DNA of 64,000 bases from Octopus sinensis. Lineage: Eukaryota. Positions 37,875 through 50,345 of the stretch are shown here, in pieces (position 1 is the first letter of the stretch; each line of letters opens with the position of its first letter). The position numbers and the translations under genes are program-made. The notes below the pieces were generated by a model. It was not told the DNA's origin and ran no database searches. It saw only the letters and a list, made by a program, of their open reading frames with translations. The stretch spans positions 51,770,001 through 51,834,000 of the forward strand of contig NC_043009.1 in assembly GCF_006345805.1 (NCBI RefSeq), written 5' to 3'.

Positions 37875-38270
37875 AGGATAACGAGCTGGCATAATCGTTA
37901 ACACGGGATAAAATGCTTTGCGGTATATCGACCATCTTTAGGTTCTGAGTTGATTTCAAATTCTGCCGAGGTCGACTTTGTTTTAACATCCCTTTCGCGG
38001 TTCAGCACTAAACCCTGCTCTCGAAATTGTTGATTTATTTCTAAAATTTGGAAACCAATTTATTTGCACAGAAAACAGCAAGCTAGCAGAGTCGTTAACA
38101 TTTCGGACAAAACGCTTAGCGGCATTTCTATCGGCTGTTCACTTTCTGAATTCGTATGCCGTCAAAATGAAATTCGCTGTTCATCCCTTCAGGCCAATAC
38201 AATAAAGTACTTGTAGAGTATTGGGCCGACGTAATCAACTTCTTCGCTCACTACCAATAAAGATATTAAC
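37875..38270 (+). mobile_element. Two degenerate SINE-A copies
   Basis: gagctggcataatcgttaacacg...ttcaaattctgccgaggtcgactttg and caagctagcagagtcgttaac...gcttagcggcattt. Confidence 0.7.
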
Positions 38271-38864
38271 TGCTAGAATTGTGTTAAAATTTGAAAAAAA
38301 ATCTACTTGGAGAGACGGACACGTTGTATTCTATTCACATTAAATATTAAATAATATTCAATGCAGGTGGCAATTAGAATTTCCTCATTGTAGAGCGATA
38401 GAATTGTTTAGTTTCCTTAGATATTACTACTTTATAGATTCACTATCCTACTTCTTGTGCAATATGATTATCTAGGAGATAATGGTCTTTCCGAAATTAA
38501 AGATTCCATGAATTTTGAAGACTTACATGTCATATTATTTGCAATATCGGAATTTTCTGTGAGCAATTCTTAAATATAGTAATTATATTGCTATGATTTA
38601 AGATTTTTCAGACGTTATATACTATATATTTATATAGTCTACGAACTTATATAATGAACTCAAAATATTCACACTTTCCTAAAGATTACACGCAATTGAA
38701 ATCTTCAAACAACTAGTTCTATGTATTTGTTTCGGAATATCACAAGCCTTTATGTGAATTTATCTACCTAATATAGCAAGAAATCCCTACACCATTGTTT
38801 GGCCGACAAGGCGAAATAGTCAAATCTAAGCTTGTGTTCAAGTTGATAAATGTATATATACATG

Positions 38865-38914
<50 letters not shown>

Positions 38915-38916
38915 TC

Positions 38917-38949
<33 letters not shown>

Positions 38950-38960
38950 AAATATATATA

Positions 38961-39559
38961 CAGTGTACATTTAAACACATAAGAGATGGCCATAATCGGA
39001 CATCTAAACCGCTAGAAGGAGTAGTTAATTTCAAACCACAATTAGGAGTAATTTCGAGAGGGAATGGAAAATAAAATAAGTTACCATCTATTTCCTGGAC
39101 CATGGTTTCGAGCTATGTTCAGCATATAAAGTAATTTTCTAGGCGAAGCTCTCATCAGCAGGCTGCGGTGGTAAAAAAAATATCTAAATAATGTTTTCCT
39201 AACCTGAAATTCTTTTGGCCAATTTTGGAAGAAAATCGGCATTATTTCTATTTGTTGCTGATAAAAAAAAATGCACTTGCGCGTTGGATTTGAAAAATTA
39301 TTACATGTAAGCACGAGGTATGTTCTGTATAGCCTCGGACTTGTATGTTAATCTTTGGCTTTCCTGCTGATGACAGCTTCGCCTAGCAAATTACTTTATT
39401 TGTTGAAGATAGCTGGAAATCATGGTCCAAGAAATATATGGTAAATGTTTTTATTTTTCATTCCCTTTCGAAATTACCCCCAATTTGGATTTTAGCTACT
39501 CCTTCTAGCATCTTAGATGTCCTATTATGGCCATCTGTTATGTGTTTAGATTTTCATTG
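38961..39559. mobile_element. 599-bp MITE with ~200-bp TIRs and TA target duplication (Tc1/mariner-type)
   Basis: TA|CAGTG at 38961 and CATTG|TA at 39559; TIRs 38961-39162 and 39363-39559 align along their length; 200-bp non-coding spacer. Confidence 0.88.
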
Positions 39560-39639
39560 TATATATATTGAATAATATATAGTCTTTGGACTAGTTTTTC
39601 TACACGCTAGGCCACGATGGTAAAACATTTCTAAATAAT

Positions 39640-39671
39640 ATTTTACTGATATAATAATAATAATAATTTAT

Positions 39672-39756
<85 letters not shown>

Positions 39757-39774
39757 CATATATATATATGTATA

Positions 39775-39844
<70 letters not shown>

Positions 39845-39847
39845 TAG

Positions 39848-39886
<39 letters not shown>

Positions 39887-39895
39887 TATATATAT
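39640..39895. repeat. (CT)n/(TA)n/(GA)n microsatellite
   Basis: Direct observation. Confidence 0.95.
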
Positions 39896-40275
39896 GGTAT
39901 TGTAAGCTACACCAATGCTAGAACGGGACGACACTGCATAGTGCCAAAGATCCCAGCAATACCATCACGCTTCAGGACCAGCTTCTGCAACACCCTGGGT
40001 TTCAAGGGCCCACAGCTTTTTAATATTCTCCCAAAGAATCTGAGGTACTTGCACAAAGTAGATGTAGTGGTTTTTAAATCAAAGCTGGACATTTCCTGTC
40101 GAGTGTCCCAGATGAACCTACCTCACGGCAAGAGGTGCAAATGATAGTAGCTATATCAAACTCCATTCTTCACCAAGTGCCACAAATTAGAGGAGGTTCT
40201 TCGTAATAACAGTGTAGCACAAAACGGTGGTTCATCAGCATGGCCGCAGATCTGAGCTGAAACTAGAGAAAAAAA
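39896..40275 (+). mobile_element. 3' end of a CR1/L2-like LINE
   Basis: RTGRHCIVPKIP...FKGPQLFNILPKNLR...FKSKLD(FL)SSVPDEP is typical of CR1-group ORF2 C-termini; short 3' UTR ends cagcatggccgcag...ctgaaactagagaaaaaaa. Confidence 0.82.
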
Positions 40276-40283
40276 TATATAGT

Positions 40284-40327
<44 letters not shown>

Positions 40328-40607
40328 TGAAGAGACGGCAAAAGAACAACCCATTATCTTATCAAATTCATTTGCTTAGAATTTTTTTCCAAAATAAGAT
40401 TCTGTGGAGTTACTGAGTTACGTCTCACAGTCAACTTCGTGTTTTGAGGCTGTGACGAATCTGCTGCTCAGGTGTTACTCAAGCTCTGAACTATCAGTCC
40501 TGCACATGTTATAGTCGAAATAGCAGTAAGCTAATGAAATTCATACTATCAAATTTCATTCAATTTTAAAAAAGGTAAAATCGGGCAGAACTTATGGGAT
40601 GACCTGA

Positions 40608-40860
40608 TACTTCATGTTTGGTAATCTTTTATAGGATTCGGGCAATTCCTCCAGTAATTATACAGTAGTATAAATGAAGTGTGCCATTGTTACCAAGTCA
40701 ACGATATTTCGGTATCTAGCGAGCCTTCCACAGGTTCAAAAAGTAAATTTGTCAAGCTACTTCAGTTTTGGTAATATTTTATAGGATTGAGGTAAATCTT
40801 CCAGTACGTATATAGAAGCAAAAAAAGGAGAGTCACGTTGTTATCAAGTGAACGATATAT
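40608..40860. repeat. Diverged direct duplication, period 150 bp
   Basis: tacttca.gtttggtaat.ttt(t)ataggatt...tccagta...ttgtta.caagt.aacgatat occurs at 40608-40709 and 40758-40860. Confidence 0.75.
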
Positions 40861-40954
40861 TTTAACCTACGGAAGGCACTCTAGATGCACTTGATAACAA
40901 TGGCACTTTTCTGGGGTTTTTTTTCTTCTTCTTCTTCTTTTGTTCTTCTTCTCA

Positions 40955-40956
40955 TG

Positions 40957-41049
<93 letters not shown>

Positions 41050-41094
41050 ATGATGATGATGATGATGATGATGATGATAATAATAATAATAATA

Positions 41095-41139
<45 letters not shown>
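40955..41139. repeat. (AAT)n/(GAT)n microsatellite, left flank of element C
   Basis: Direct observation. Confidence 0.97.
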
Positions 41140-41141
<2 letters not shown>

Positions 41142-41682
41142 AAAAGTATCCCCTGATGCAGTCCCAGGCAGTGGCCCTCGTGGCTTCCGATCGTAACTGA
41201 TTGGAAGTATTATCATGTACATTTTGGGATACAGCAAATATTCTGCTCAATACCATAGATTTACTTTTCTGTTGTTTGACCTTAACCAGTTGAGCATGTC
41301 CCTTAGTGGCTGATGATATGTACATCTCTGATCACAAGCAGAAGTAGTGGGGTAGTATCATAGCCATGTGTTGAGAGGGATTCTTTGGGGTTTGAATAAT
41401 TCACCTCAGGAAACATGGGTGTTTCGTTCAATATCCTTAAACAACCCTTATTCAGGGACCTTTTGAGCGGGATGGGTTACTCGACAAGAAGAAAATTCTA
41501 ACTGGATCCCACCTGCAAGGTCATGTGTTGTTTATCTTGATATGAGAACACCATGACGCGCACATATGGTTGTATGCATGTGCCTAGTGTACCCTTGTCA
41601 GCCGGGTAGTCATGATGGGTATGTTGGGCTTCGTATATTTTACCCCAGTGTCACTTTGATGGCTTTAACTGCTCTCTCCTTC
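41140..41682 (+). mobile_element. Element C: ~540-bp non-coding interspersed repeat flanked on both sides by (AAT)n
   Basis: Homologous copies at 48079-48554 (-) and 28395-28480 (+); no tRNA A/B box or TIR seen. Confidence 0.85.
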
Positions 41683-41883
<201 letters not shown>

Positions 41884-42539
41884 TAATACCGTTGTAGGTG
41901 AGCTTGACGACTACGACGAAGTTGAAAACACAGCTAATTGAGGACGATGAGGGCAAAGATGATAATGGAGAAGTTGATGACGTTCGTGTAGATGAAGATG
42001 AGGTCGAAGCTGATGTCGAGATTGAGGAGGAAAACTGAGAAGAATGAGAGAGATGAGTTAGATGAGGATAATGTGATGATCATTGTGTTCAGAAAAATGA
42101 AGGCAAAGAGGAAACGATGAAAAACAAAAAGAAGATTAACAATATGAATCAGAAAACAATTGAATAATACCGGCAGTAATATGACAACAACAGCAAACAA
42201 CAGTAATAATGGCATCTGTAAATATACCAAAAAATATATCAATATATATGTACAAAAGAAAAAAGATATAATTAGAACAAGCATGAAATCAACACCAGCT
42301 TAGCATCAACAATATCAAGAACAATACACGTGACGATGACGACAACAACAATATCAACTACAAGACATGATGCATCATAAATGTATTAAAAAAATAGTGT
42401 TTAGAGCAAACAGTAAATTATCTGTTTGCTTCATTAAAAGTGACTAATTGGAATGAAATATTGCGGAAAATCTAATAAAAATCTCAGCGCAACCAAATAT
42501 ACTTGGCATCCACATATACAAACAGGAATAAATATTCAT

Positions 42540-42691
42540 GACGTATATGTGTATGTGTGTGTGTCCATGCGTGTGTGTGTATGCGTGTATGTGTGTATGT
42601 GTGTGTGAGTGTGTATGTGTCTGGATGTGAGTATATACATATATATATATATCTTTACACATAGGTGAGGTTGTATGTATACATGTATCTG

Positions 42692-42730
<39 letters not shown>

Positions 42731-43034
42731 CATATATTTTTATAAATGTATATGTGTGTGTGTGTGTAATTTTTGAAAGTTATATAATAATAACCGTGTT
42801 TGTATGTACATATATGGGTACATATGAATATATATATATATATATATACATACACACTCACTCTCGCACACACATATGTATGTAATGTCATTACCAGACC
42901 AAATATGCGTGAGGCATGTTTGGAAAAATATGTATATATGCATACATGTGTACGTGCATATATACATATATATATATATACATATATACATATATATATA
43001 CATACACATACATATATATATACATACACACACA

Positions 43035-43070
<36 letters not shown>

Positions 43071-43140
43071 CAAATGATACACGTTCATATACATAAACAT
43101 ATATGTGTGTGTGTGTTTTTGTGAGTGCATGCAAGTATGT
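42540..43140. repeat. Compound (TG)/(TA)/(CA) microsatellite region
   Basis: Direct observation. Confidence 0.9.
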
Positions 43141-43526
43141 GTGACCGTATGTAATTACGTATACCTAGAATTAGTGAGAGTATATGAAGGTGAAAGAGAT
43201 GAGGGGATATCGAAAAGATAGCGCTAGAGAACGTTCAGTAAATAGCCTTCAGCAAAATTTCTCAATATACCATTGATTAAACTCTCACATTTTACCCGAC
43301 AAATATTATACAGATTCACGTATGTACAGTCCTTTATTTAATATATTCAATATCACTTGTACACACAATCATCTTTGTAGTTGGGATTATATATAATCGG
43401 CTTCGAAATATAACCACGCACACACACACACACACTCACAGATACACACACGTACGCGTACGATATACTTATTGACAAACGCGTATTTCGGCTTGAATTT
43501 TATTACAAGCGAGGCAGATAACAAAC

Positions 43527-43560
<34 letters not shown>

Positions 43561-43571
43561 TAACTGAAAGT

Positions 43572-43733
43572 ATTCTTTTATTTTTTTTGTTTTAGTAATT
43601 TGACAGCGGCCATGCTGGAGCACTGCCTTTGGTCGAAGAAATCGACCCCAGGCCTTATTCGTTGCAAGCCTAATGCTTATTATATCGGGTTCTGTTGTTA
43701 AGCGATGGTGGGGGAACAAAAAGAAACACACAA
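43572..43733 (-). mobile_element. Internally deleted SINE-B 3' half
   Basis: gcggccatgctggagcactgcctttggtcgaag...ccccaggccttattc is the reverse complement of the family tail. Confidence 0.8.
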
Positions 43734-43741
43734 ATATTTCA

Positions 43742-44006
43742 TTTTTTTACTCTTTTACTTTTTTTGCTCTTTTGCTTGTTTCAGTTATGTGATTGCGGCC
43801 ATGCTGGAGCATCGACTTTGATCGAAAAATCCACCCCACGACTCTATTCTATCGGTCACTTTTCCTGAACCTGGGACGTAAACACATCAACATCGGTTTC
43901 TAGAGATGGAGTGACAAGCGCAAACACACACACACAAATATATACATATACATACACACAGATATACATTTATATATATATGCATATATATATATATATA
44001 TATATA

Positions 44007-44047
<41 letters not shown>

Positions 44048-44210
44048 ATATATATATATATATATATACGAGGGCTTCTTTTAGTTTCCATCTACCAAAT
44101 CTACTCACAAGAATTTTGCCGGCCTGAGGCTATAACATTGAGGACACTTGCCCAAGGTGACACGCAGTGAGAATGAACCGGGACCCATGAGGTTGAGAAG
44201 CAAGCTTCTT
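43742..44210 (-). mobile_element. Near full-length SINE-B lacking its first ~24 nt
   Basis: Tail, central TA run and 5' half to ...AAGAAGCTTGCTTCTCAACC, where it abuts a foreign 3' end. Confidence 0.85.
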
Positions 44211-44975
44211 TATTTCTTTTCAATCGCCATAAAGGCATTACATAGTGGGTGACACTACAATACATGTGGGGACATATAACAATTAAAATAAAAAATATGA
44301 TGCTATGAATGACACATGAAAATGAACATGAAAAACATTAAAATCAACATATTAAAATAATGATAACTTGAGAAATGAGAATATGAAAAGTGTGTTACTC
44401 ACCCCACACTGAGTAACGCCACTCGCTACCTCTGATTTCTGAGTCCTATTCAGTCTTTGATTTAGTCTTTCGTTTACCGTTTTCCCATCACTGAGTGACA
44501 ACACTTTCTCCTCCATGTGCACGTAACCTTTTCACTGGGGGATGGGTATTGTAAATTTTGCTGTGTCTGTTCTTTCATCGATTTTTTCCTGTGGGGAGAG
44601 GGGGGGTGGGAGTGTTTGTGTCTGTATGAAGAAGGTGGGTCTGAGTGGTCTTGGGTGGAATGGAGTTGGTCTGGGGTCCCACATCACATGCTCTTTGTTC
44701 CTTCCATCTATCTATACTTCTTCCTTTTCTCCACCGTCTCCAGCACCGCTTCTTCTGTCGTTTTCTTCTGTAGAGGGCAGTGAGTTCTAATGTGGTCTTT
44801 TGGGCCATATTTAAAACATCGCGGAACTCTGCCCTCTATCTACACGCTCAAAACGTCACAGTCTCCGCCAAATTTTCCAGTAGCTTCGCCTCCGGTTGTA
44901 TGATGATTTCCAATGTTTTTCCCTTATAACATCCTTTCTCCGTCTCTGTGGCCTGAAGGACCGCCACCTCCTTCT
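44205..44975 (-). mobile_element. ORF1-only LINE-like element (zinc knuckle, basic tail, 3' UTR with AATAAA)
   Basis: Minus strand IEGRVPRCFKYGPKDHIRTHCP = C-X2-(C>Y)-X4-H-X4-C at 44818-44777; ~570 nt later the element ends GGCGATTGAAAAGAAATAAAG; no endonuclease or RT sequence between. Confidence 0.75.
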
Positions 44976-45591
44976 CACTACCAGCGAGAACGGGGGACAA
45001 ACACAGACACACAAACATATACACTTTGTGAATGGATAATTGAGTAAGTTAGATCAACAAGAACGAGTACAGAATGGCATTTATTTGTAACCGCCACAGT
45101 AGTTTTCTCCAGGCTCTCCAGGTTCTCCAGAGTGACAGGCATTTGGTCACGTATCCGTTTCCCTACATTATGACATCTTGTTTTTCCTAGATCTTGTTAT
45201 CTAAAAACTCAAATTTTCGACTTTGAGCCAATCCTTTCTGTCTGTCGTCGCTTGCGAGGTAGTAGTAACCACTCAGTGTATCTAAAAATGTGTTGTGAAT
45301 GAAAGTGCTTGACATGTATAGATGGAGTTGGAGGGTGGCTATACTATGAATAGTACATTAAAGCGAGTGACGTTTTACTTCTTTGTAATGATAATCTATT
45401 TTTCAAGTTCTGTGACACCGTTTTCCTTAGCTGACCTTCAAGAAGTCACCGGTCTGATCTTCGTGAATACACCGGTAATTCAGTTGATGGACTTACACGT
45501 ACAGATACAATGAGGCGTTATCTGTTTAATTTATATAAAATTCAAACATTCGTGTTTTAAGAAGCTGGAATTTTTAGAAAATTGTCAATAA

Positions 45592-45714
45592 TAGGCGCAG
45601 GAGTGTCTGTGTGGTAGGTAGCTTGCTTACCAACCACACGGGCTGACCAAAGCCTTGTGAGGGAATTGGTAGACAGAAGCTGAAAGAAGCCCGTCATATA
45701 TATGTATATATACA

Positions 45715-45758
<44 letters not shown>

Positions 45759-45995
45759 TGTGTGTGTGTATGTGTGTGTGTTTTGTGTCTGTCTGTCCTC
45801 CCAACATCGCTTGACAACCGCTGCTGGTGGGTTTACGTCCCCGTAACTTAGCTGTTCGGCAAAAGTGAGCGATAGAATAAATACTAGGCTTACAAAGAAT
45901 AAGTCCTGGGGTCAATTTGCTCGACTAAAGGCGGTGCTCCAGCATGGCCGCAGTCAAATGATTGAAACAAGTAAAATCGTATAAGAGTAAAAGAG
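45592..45995 (+). mobile_element. SINE-B, full span with deletion of the B-box region
   Basis: Head taggcgcaggagtgtctgtgtggtagg, deletion after accaaccacac, central (TG)n, complete tail gctccagcatggccgcagtcaaatg. Confidence 0.92.
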
Positions 45996-46057
45996 TAATG
46001 TTAGGAATCTTTTTATATTTAACAATTTGATGAATATTTTGTTGCTATTTCCTGCAG

Positions 46058-46115
46058 ATCAAGTTACCATAGAGAGGGCTCTCTCGTCGAACGCTGATCT
46101 GAGAAGCTACACGTG
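46058..46115 (+). other. Candidate 58-nt internal exon
   Basis: Acceptor ttttgttgctatttcctgcag| and donor TG|GTTAGT; open in phase 1 to 2 ((D)QVTIERALSSNADLRSYT). Confidence 0.35.
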
Positions 46116-46505
46116 GTTAGTCTCTACATACAAATATGAACTATTTTGACATTTCTTCCCTTGATATTTTAGCCAGTTGTTTCAGTAGGTCCGACGTTAT
46201 ACCCTCATCGATTTTAATACGGTAGAAGATATCGCAGTAATATCCTGCATTTTGTTCCAACCATTACTGATGTCCTGCAAATGGCAGGCTTGCTGTTATG
46301 TGAATAATAAATACAGGGATAGATTACATTAAAATGGATTACATTTGACCATATGTGTAATGGATTAGGATTGATGTTGGCATAAATAGTTACATTTACG
46401 GTAGCCACTAATACTAACTACAATAAAATACATTATATATACTCGTCCGCTTTATAATAAGCCGTTTTATGGTTTTGTCACAGCAGATGAAGTAGCTTTG
46501 ATACA

Positions 46506-46721
46506 ATGTCAGAGGATCCGATAGGAGGATTTAATCAAAATGATGAACTGGTTCAAATGTTTGCTACAATGCGGGCTGCCGATAAAGACAATTCCACTGA
46601 ACAACCAAATATGGTATTTAAAAAAATGACAGAGTATCCCATTAAAGCAGTTTATTTGCTCAAAGGTGGTTATTTCGATCTGAGTATTTTCAAATGTTAT
46701 ACATATCCGGATCATAGATAA
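46506..46721 (+). CDS. Unidentified 71-aa ORF in non-repetitive sequence, possible exon
   Basis: Preceded by acceptor-like ttttgtcacag and an ATG with A at -3; composition protein-like; no family recognised. Confidence 0.2.
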   Translation: MSEDPIGGFNQNDELVQMFATMRAADKDNSTEQPNMVFKKMTEYPIKAVYLLKGGYFDLSIFKCYTYPDHR

Positions 46722-47024
46722 CTGAGCTAGTTATATATATAGTGAGATCTATTGAATCAAGACAGACCTGACATGCGTGTCAGATAAGGGCCTATTGACA
46801 AAACTGCATAAGTTTGTGGATACGGCCTACTGAAACAAAAAAATCGTTGTGTTGGATTGGATGTAACTGACCTAGCTACATATGTTTGATCAGAACCAAC
46901 AACTTAGTCTACAGAAATCTGTTAACGCAGGTCCAACTAAACATAATTCATAATCCTGTTGGTGATTTGATAAGGACGTAACGGAGAAAACTACATTGTC
47001 CTGTTGGATCGACACCAACTGACT

Positions 47025-47034
47025 GATCTGTCTG

Positions 47035-47087
<53 letters not shown>

Positions 47088-47098
47088 ATATCTATCTA

Positions 47099-47135
<37 letters not shown>

Positions 47136-47185
47136 ATATCTATCTATCTATCTAACCACCTGTCTGTGAGTGTGTGTCTGTGTCT
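47025..47185. repeat. (TCTA)n/(TCTG)n tetranucleotide microsatellite
   Basis: Direct observation. Confidence 0.95.
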
Positions 47186-47665
47186 GTGTGCTAGGTCTTT
47201 ACATACTGAGAAGATTATGAAAGTCTCTTGGACTTGAACCTGATGCTTTCCTTATATGATTTTCCAAGATTCAACAAGAGTTATTTTAGCTAAATCTTTG
47301 ACATATAACTCTACACAATTAATTGTTGTAATGACATTATTAGTAACAGTTATTTTCCCTTTCGTACCGAGACATCCAATAATGATTCAAAAGCTTTTGG
47401 AATGCCTCATATCAAATAACATTTGGGATTCAAATATCATCGAGCCGAAGTTGGATGTTATAGTTTATTGTAAATAATTCAAGTACCAATCAAATACTGA
47501 GGTTGAATAAGTCGACCCTGCTATCTCATATATGTAGCGAAGTGCCACATTCTGAAAATTTATTTTTGCATAAATTACAGTAACATCGTTAATAATATAA
47601 AAATTGAAGCGTTATTATTATTAATATTATTATTATTGTTATTATTATTATTTTATTATTATTAT

Positions 47666-47705
<40 letters not shown>

Positions 47706-47706
<1 letters not shown>

Positions 47707-47945
47707 TTTTATCAAGTGCATTCACTGCAATACCGAGCACAGCTTTGTGTGCTCTAGTTTGTTGTGATGCTCTTATAGTTACTGTATTAAAAGTGTTTTA
47801 CGTAGGATGTGTGAGGGGCCTATTAGTACTATTTTCTGTATGTTATATATATTTGTCAGCCCTTGTCTGAATATTTCATCATACCTAATGCGCCTATTAT
47901 GATAAGAATTGTCTCTGATTTTAGCCTCCACAAACGATTTACCTT
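47706..47945 (-). mobile_element. 3' stub of R4/Dong-like LINE subfamily 2, flanked by trinucleotide microsatellites
   Basis: Minus strand LWRLKSETILIIIGALGMMK...NIYNIQKIVLIGPSHILRKTLLIQ*; (ATT)/(AGT) runs at ~47605-47705 and 47945-48075. Confidence 0.82.
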
Positions 47946-47972
47946 TATTATTATTATTATTATTATTATTAA

Positions 47973-48024
<52 letters not shown>

Positions 48025-48078
48025 TTATTATTATTATTATTATATTATTATCATTATTATTATTATTATTAATATTAT

Positions 48079-48554
48079 CGAGTGAGAGAGCAGCACATTC
48101 CGTTTAAGTGATACTGGGATAAAATATACGAAGTCCAATATACCCATCATGACTACCTGTCTGAAAAGAGTACACCAGGCACATGCATCACAGCCAGTCT
48201 GGATATTCTTCAGGTCGACTATCCCATCCTGCTCAAAAGTTCTCTGAATAAGAGTTGTTTGAGGATGTTGAACGAAACGTCCTTGCTTCCGAAGGTGAAT
48301 TATTCAAACCCAAAGAATTTCACTCACCACATGTCTATGACCCTTCCCCACTGCTCGTGATCAGAAATGTACCTACCGTCAGTCACCAAGAGATATGCTC
48401 AACTGGTTTAAAGTCAAACAACTGAGAAGGAAATCTGTGTTACTGAGCAGAATATTTGCTATAGCCCATCTTTTACGTAAAGACAAAATTTCAAACTTAA
48501 CTTACAATCAGTTAAGATCAGAAGCCATGAGAGCCTGTTCCTGGTATTGCATCA
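48079..48554 (-). mobile_element. Element C copy with internal deletion
   Basis: Reverse complement of 41140-41682, missing the segment around ggatcccacc...catatggtt. Confidence 0.85.
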
Positions 48555-48574
48555 ATATCATTATTATTAATATT

Positions 48575-48789
48575 AAGGCAGCGAGCTGGCAGAATTGTTA
48601 GCACGCCGGGCAAAATGCTTAGCGGTATTTCACCTGCATTCAGGTTCTGAGTTCAAATACCGACGATGTCGACTTTGCCTCTCCTGTTTTCAGGTTCGAT
48701 AAGCTAAGTACTATTTGAGTTCTGGGGTCGGTATGATCGACTTACATCCTCACCTGATATTGATCGCTCTGTGTCAAAATTTCAAAAGG
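48575..48789 (+). mobile_element. SINE-A with (ATT)n tail
   Basis: aaggcagcgagctggcagaattgttagcacg, B-box gagttcaaatacc, followed by attattattatc. Confidence 0.88.
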
Positions 48790-48879
48790 ATATTATTATT
48801 ATCATTATTATTATTATTGCAAGTAGTAGTAGCACCACAACCACCACCAGTAGAATGGAGGAAAAAAAGAAAATAATAA

Positions 48880-48920
<41 letters not shown>

Positions 48921-49084
48921 TAGTAGTAGTAGTAGCAGTAGTAGCTTAATCAGCCTTTCGGTTCGATACATTAGAGAAATGCATTTAGATCAAATACAAA
49001 CCTTGAAGGATTTCTTCGTAAGAAAGGTACCATAGAAAGTCGCTCTGAATTGCAAACATATATATGAAAATGTACACACATCAT

Positions 49085-49115
49085 ACGCTCTCATATGTAT
49101 ATACATATTCACGTG

Positions 49116-49184
<69 letters not shown>

Positions 49185-49216
49185 CTGTGTATGTGTCTGT
49201 GTGTCTGTGTGTGTAA

Positions 49217-49253
<37 letters not shown>

Positions 49254-49264
49254 TGTATAACGAA

Positions 49265-49295
<31 letters not shown>

Positions 49296-49753
49296 CATAC
49301 ATGCATGCATAGATACATATATACATACGTACACACCTTCATAGTCAACAGAAGTGGAAACTGAAAAAATAAAAAAATAAAACGAAGAAATAAACCATAT
49401 AATCATAGAAACACACATAGTTATACACACACAAATAATGCATAAACGCTCATGCGAATATGAAGTTATTGGGATAGAGACATAACAACACAAACACACG
49501 CACATACAAAGAAATATAGAGAGAGACAAACACCAGCACATACAAACATTGCTCGTAATGAACTCTTAAAGTTAAAAGACTTAATTGAAATTTCCATTTC
49601 TCTCACCTACAGTCCTGCACTCCAGGTCATTATTACACAAAAACTTCAAACTAGTGATTGTTTCACGATACCTTCTTATATATATACATAAAAGAATACA
49701 TACATATGCATATGCACACATAAGTATATATATATATATATATATACACATAC

Positions 49754-49802
<49 letters not shown>

Positions 49803-49818
49803 ATATATATACACATAA

Positions 49819-49854
<36 letters not shown>

Positions 49855-50345
49855 ATATATATATGGACACACACATGTATATATATATATATATATATAC
49901 ATACATACATACATATATATTTGTGAGTGTGTGTGCATATCTATATCCATCTATATATATATATGTATACACATATTGATGTGTATGTATACATATGTAT
50001 ATATATGTGTGTGTATAAATATATATATACATATATACAACTTTTAATTATATATATCCATATACATGTATATCCATATATATCTATATATATATACGCA
50101 CACAAGTATACACACACAGGCATATATATATGTGTGTGTGTGTGTGTGTTGTATGTACAGGCTGCAATTGATATATAAATCATTACGAGTACGCATAATA
50201 CGGATAACTATCTCTATATATAGTAGATACAGTATGTATGTACATGCGCGTTCACACACACACACTAGCGTACACAAGAATATATGTATGTGTGTATGTA
50301 AATATTAATTTGTGTGCATGTGTGTGTATGCATGCATATACCTAT
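49085..50345. repeat. Very long compound (TA)/(TG)/(CA) microsatellite region
   Basis: Direct observation, with a unique interruption around 49330-49680. Confidence 0.9.

Noticed and set aside
46630-46680. VYLLKGGY resembling a rhodanese-domain C-terminal motif
   Set aside because: The motif is short and upstream rhodanese features are absent.
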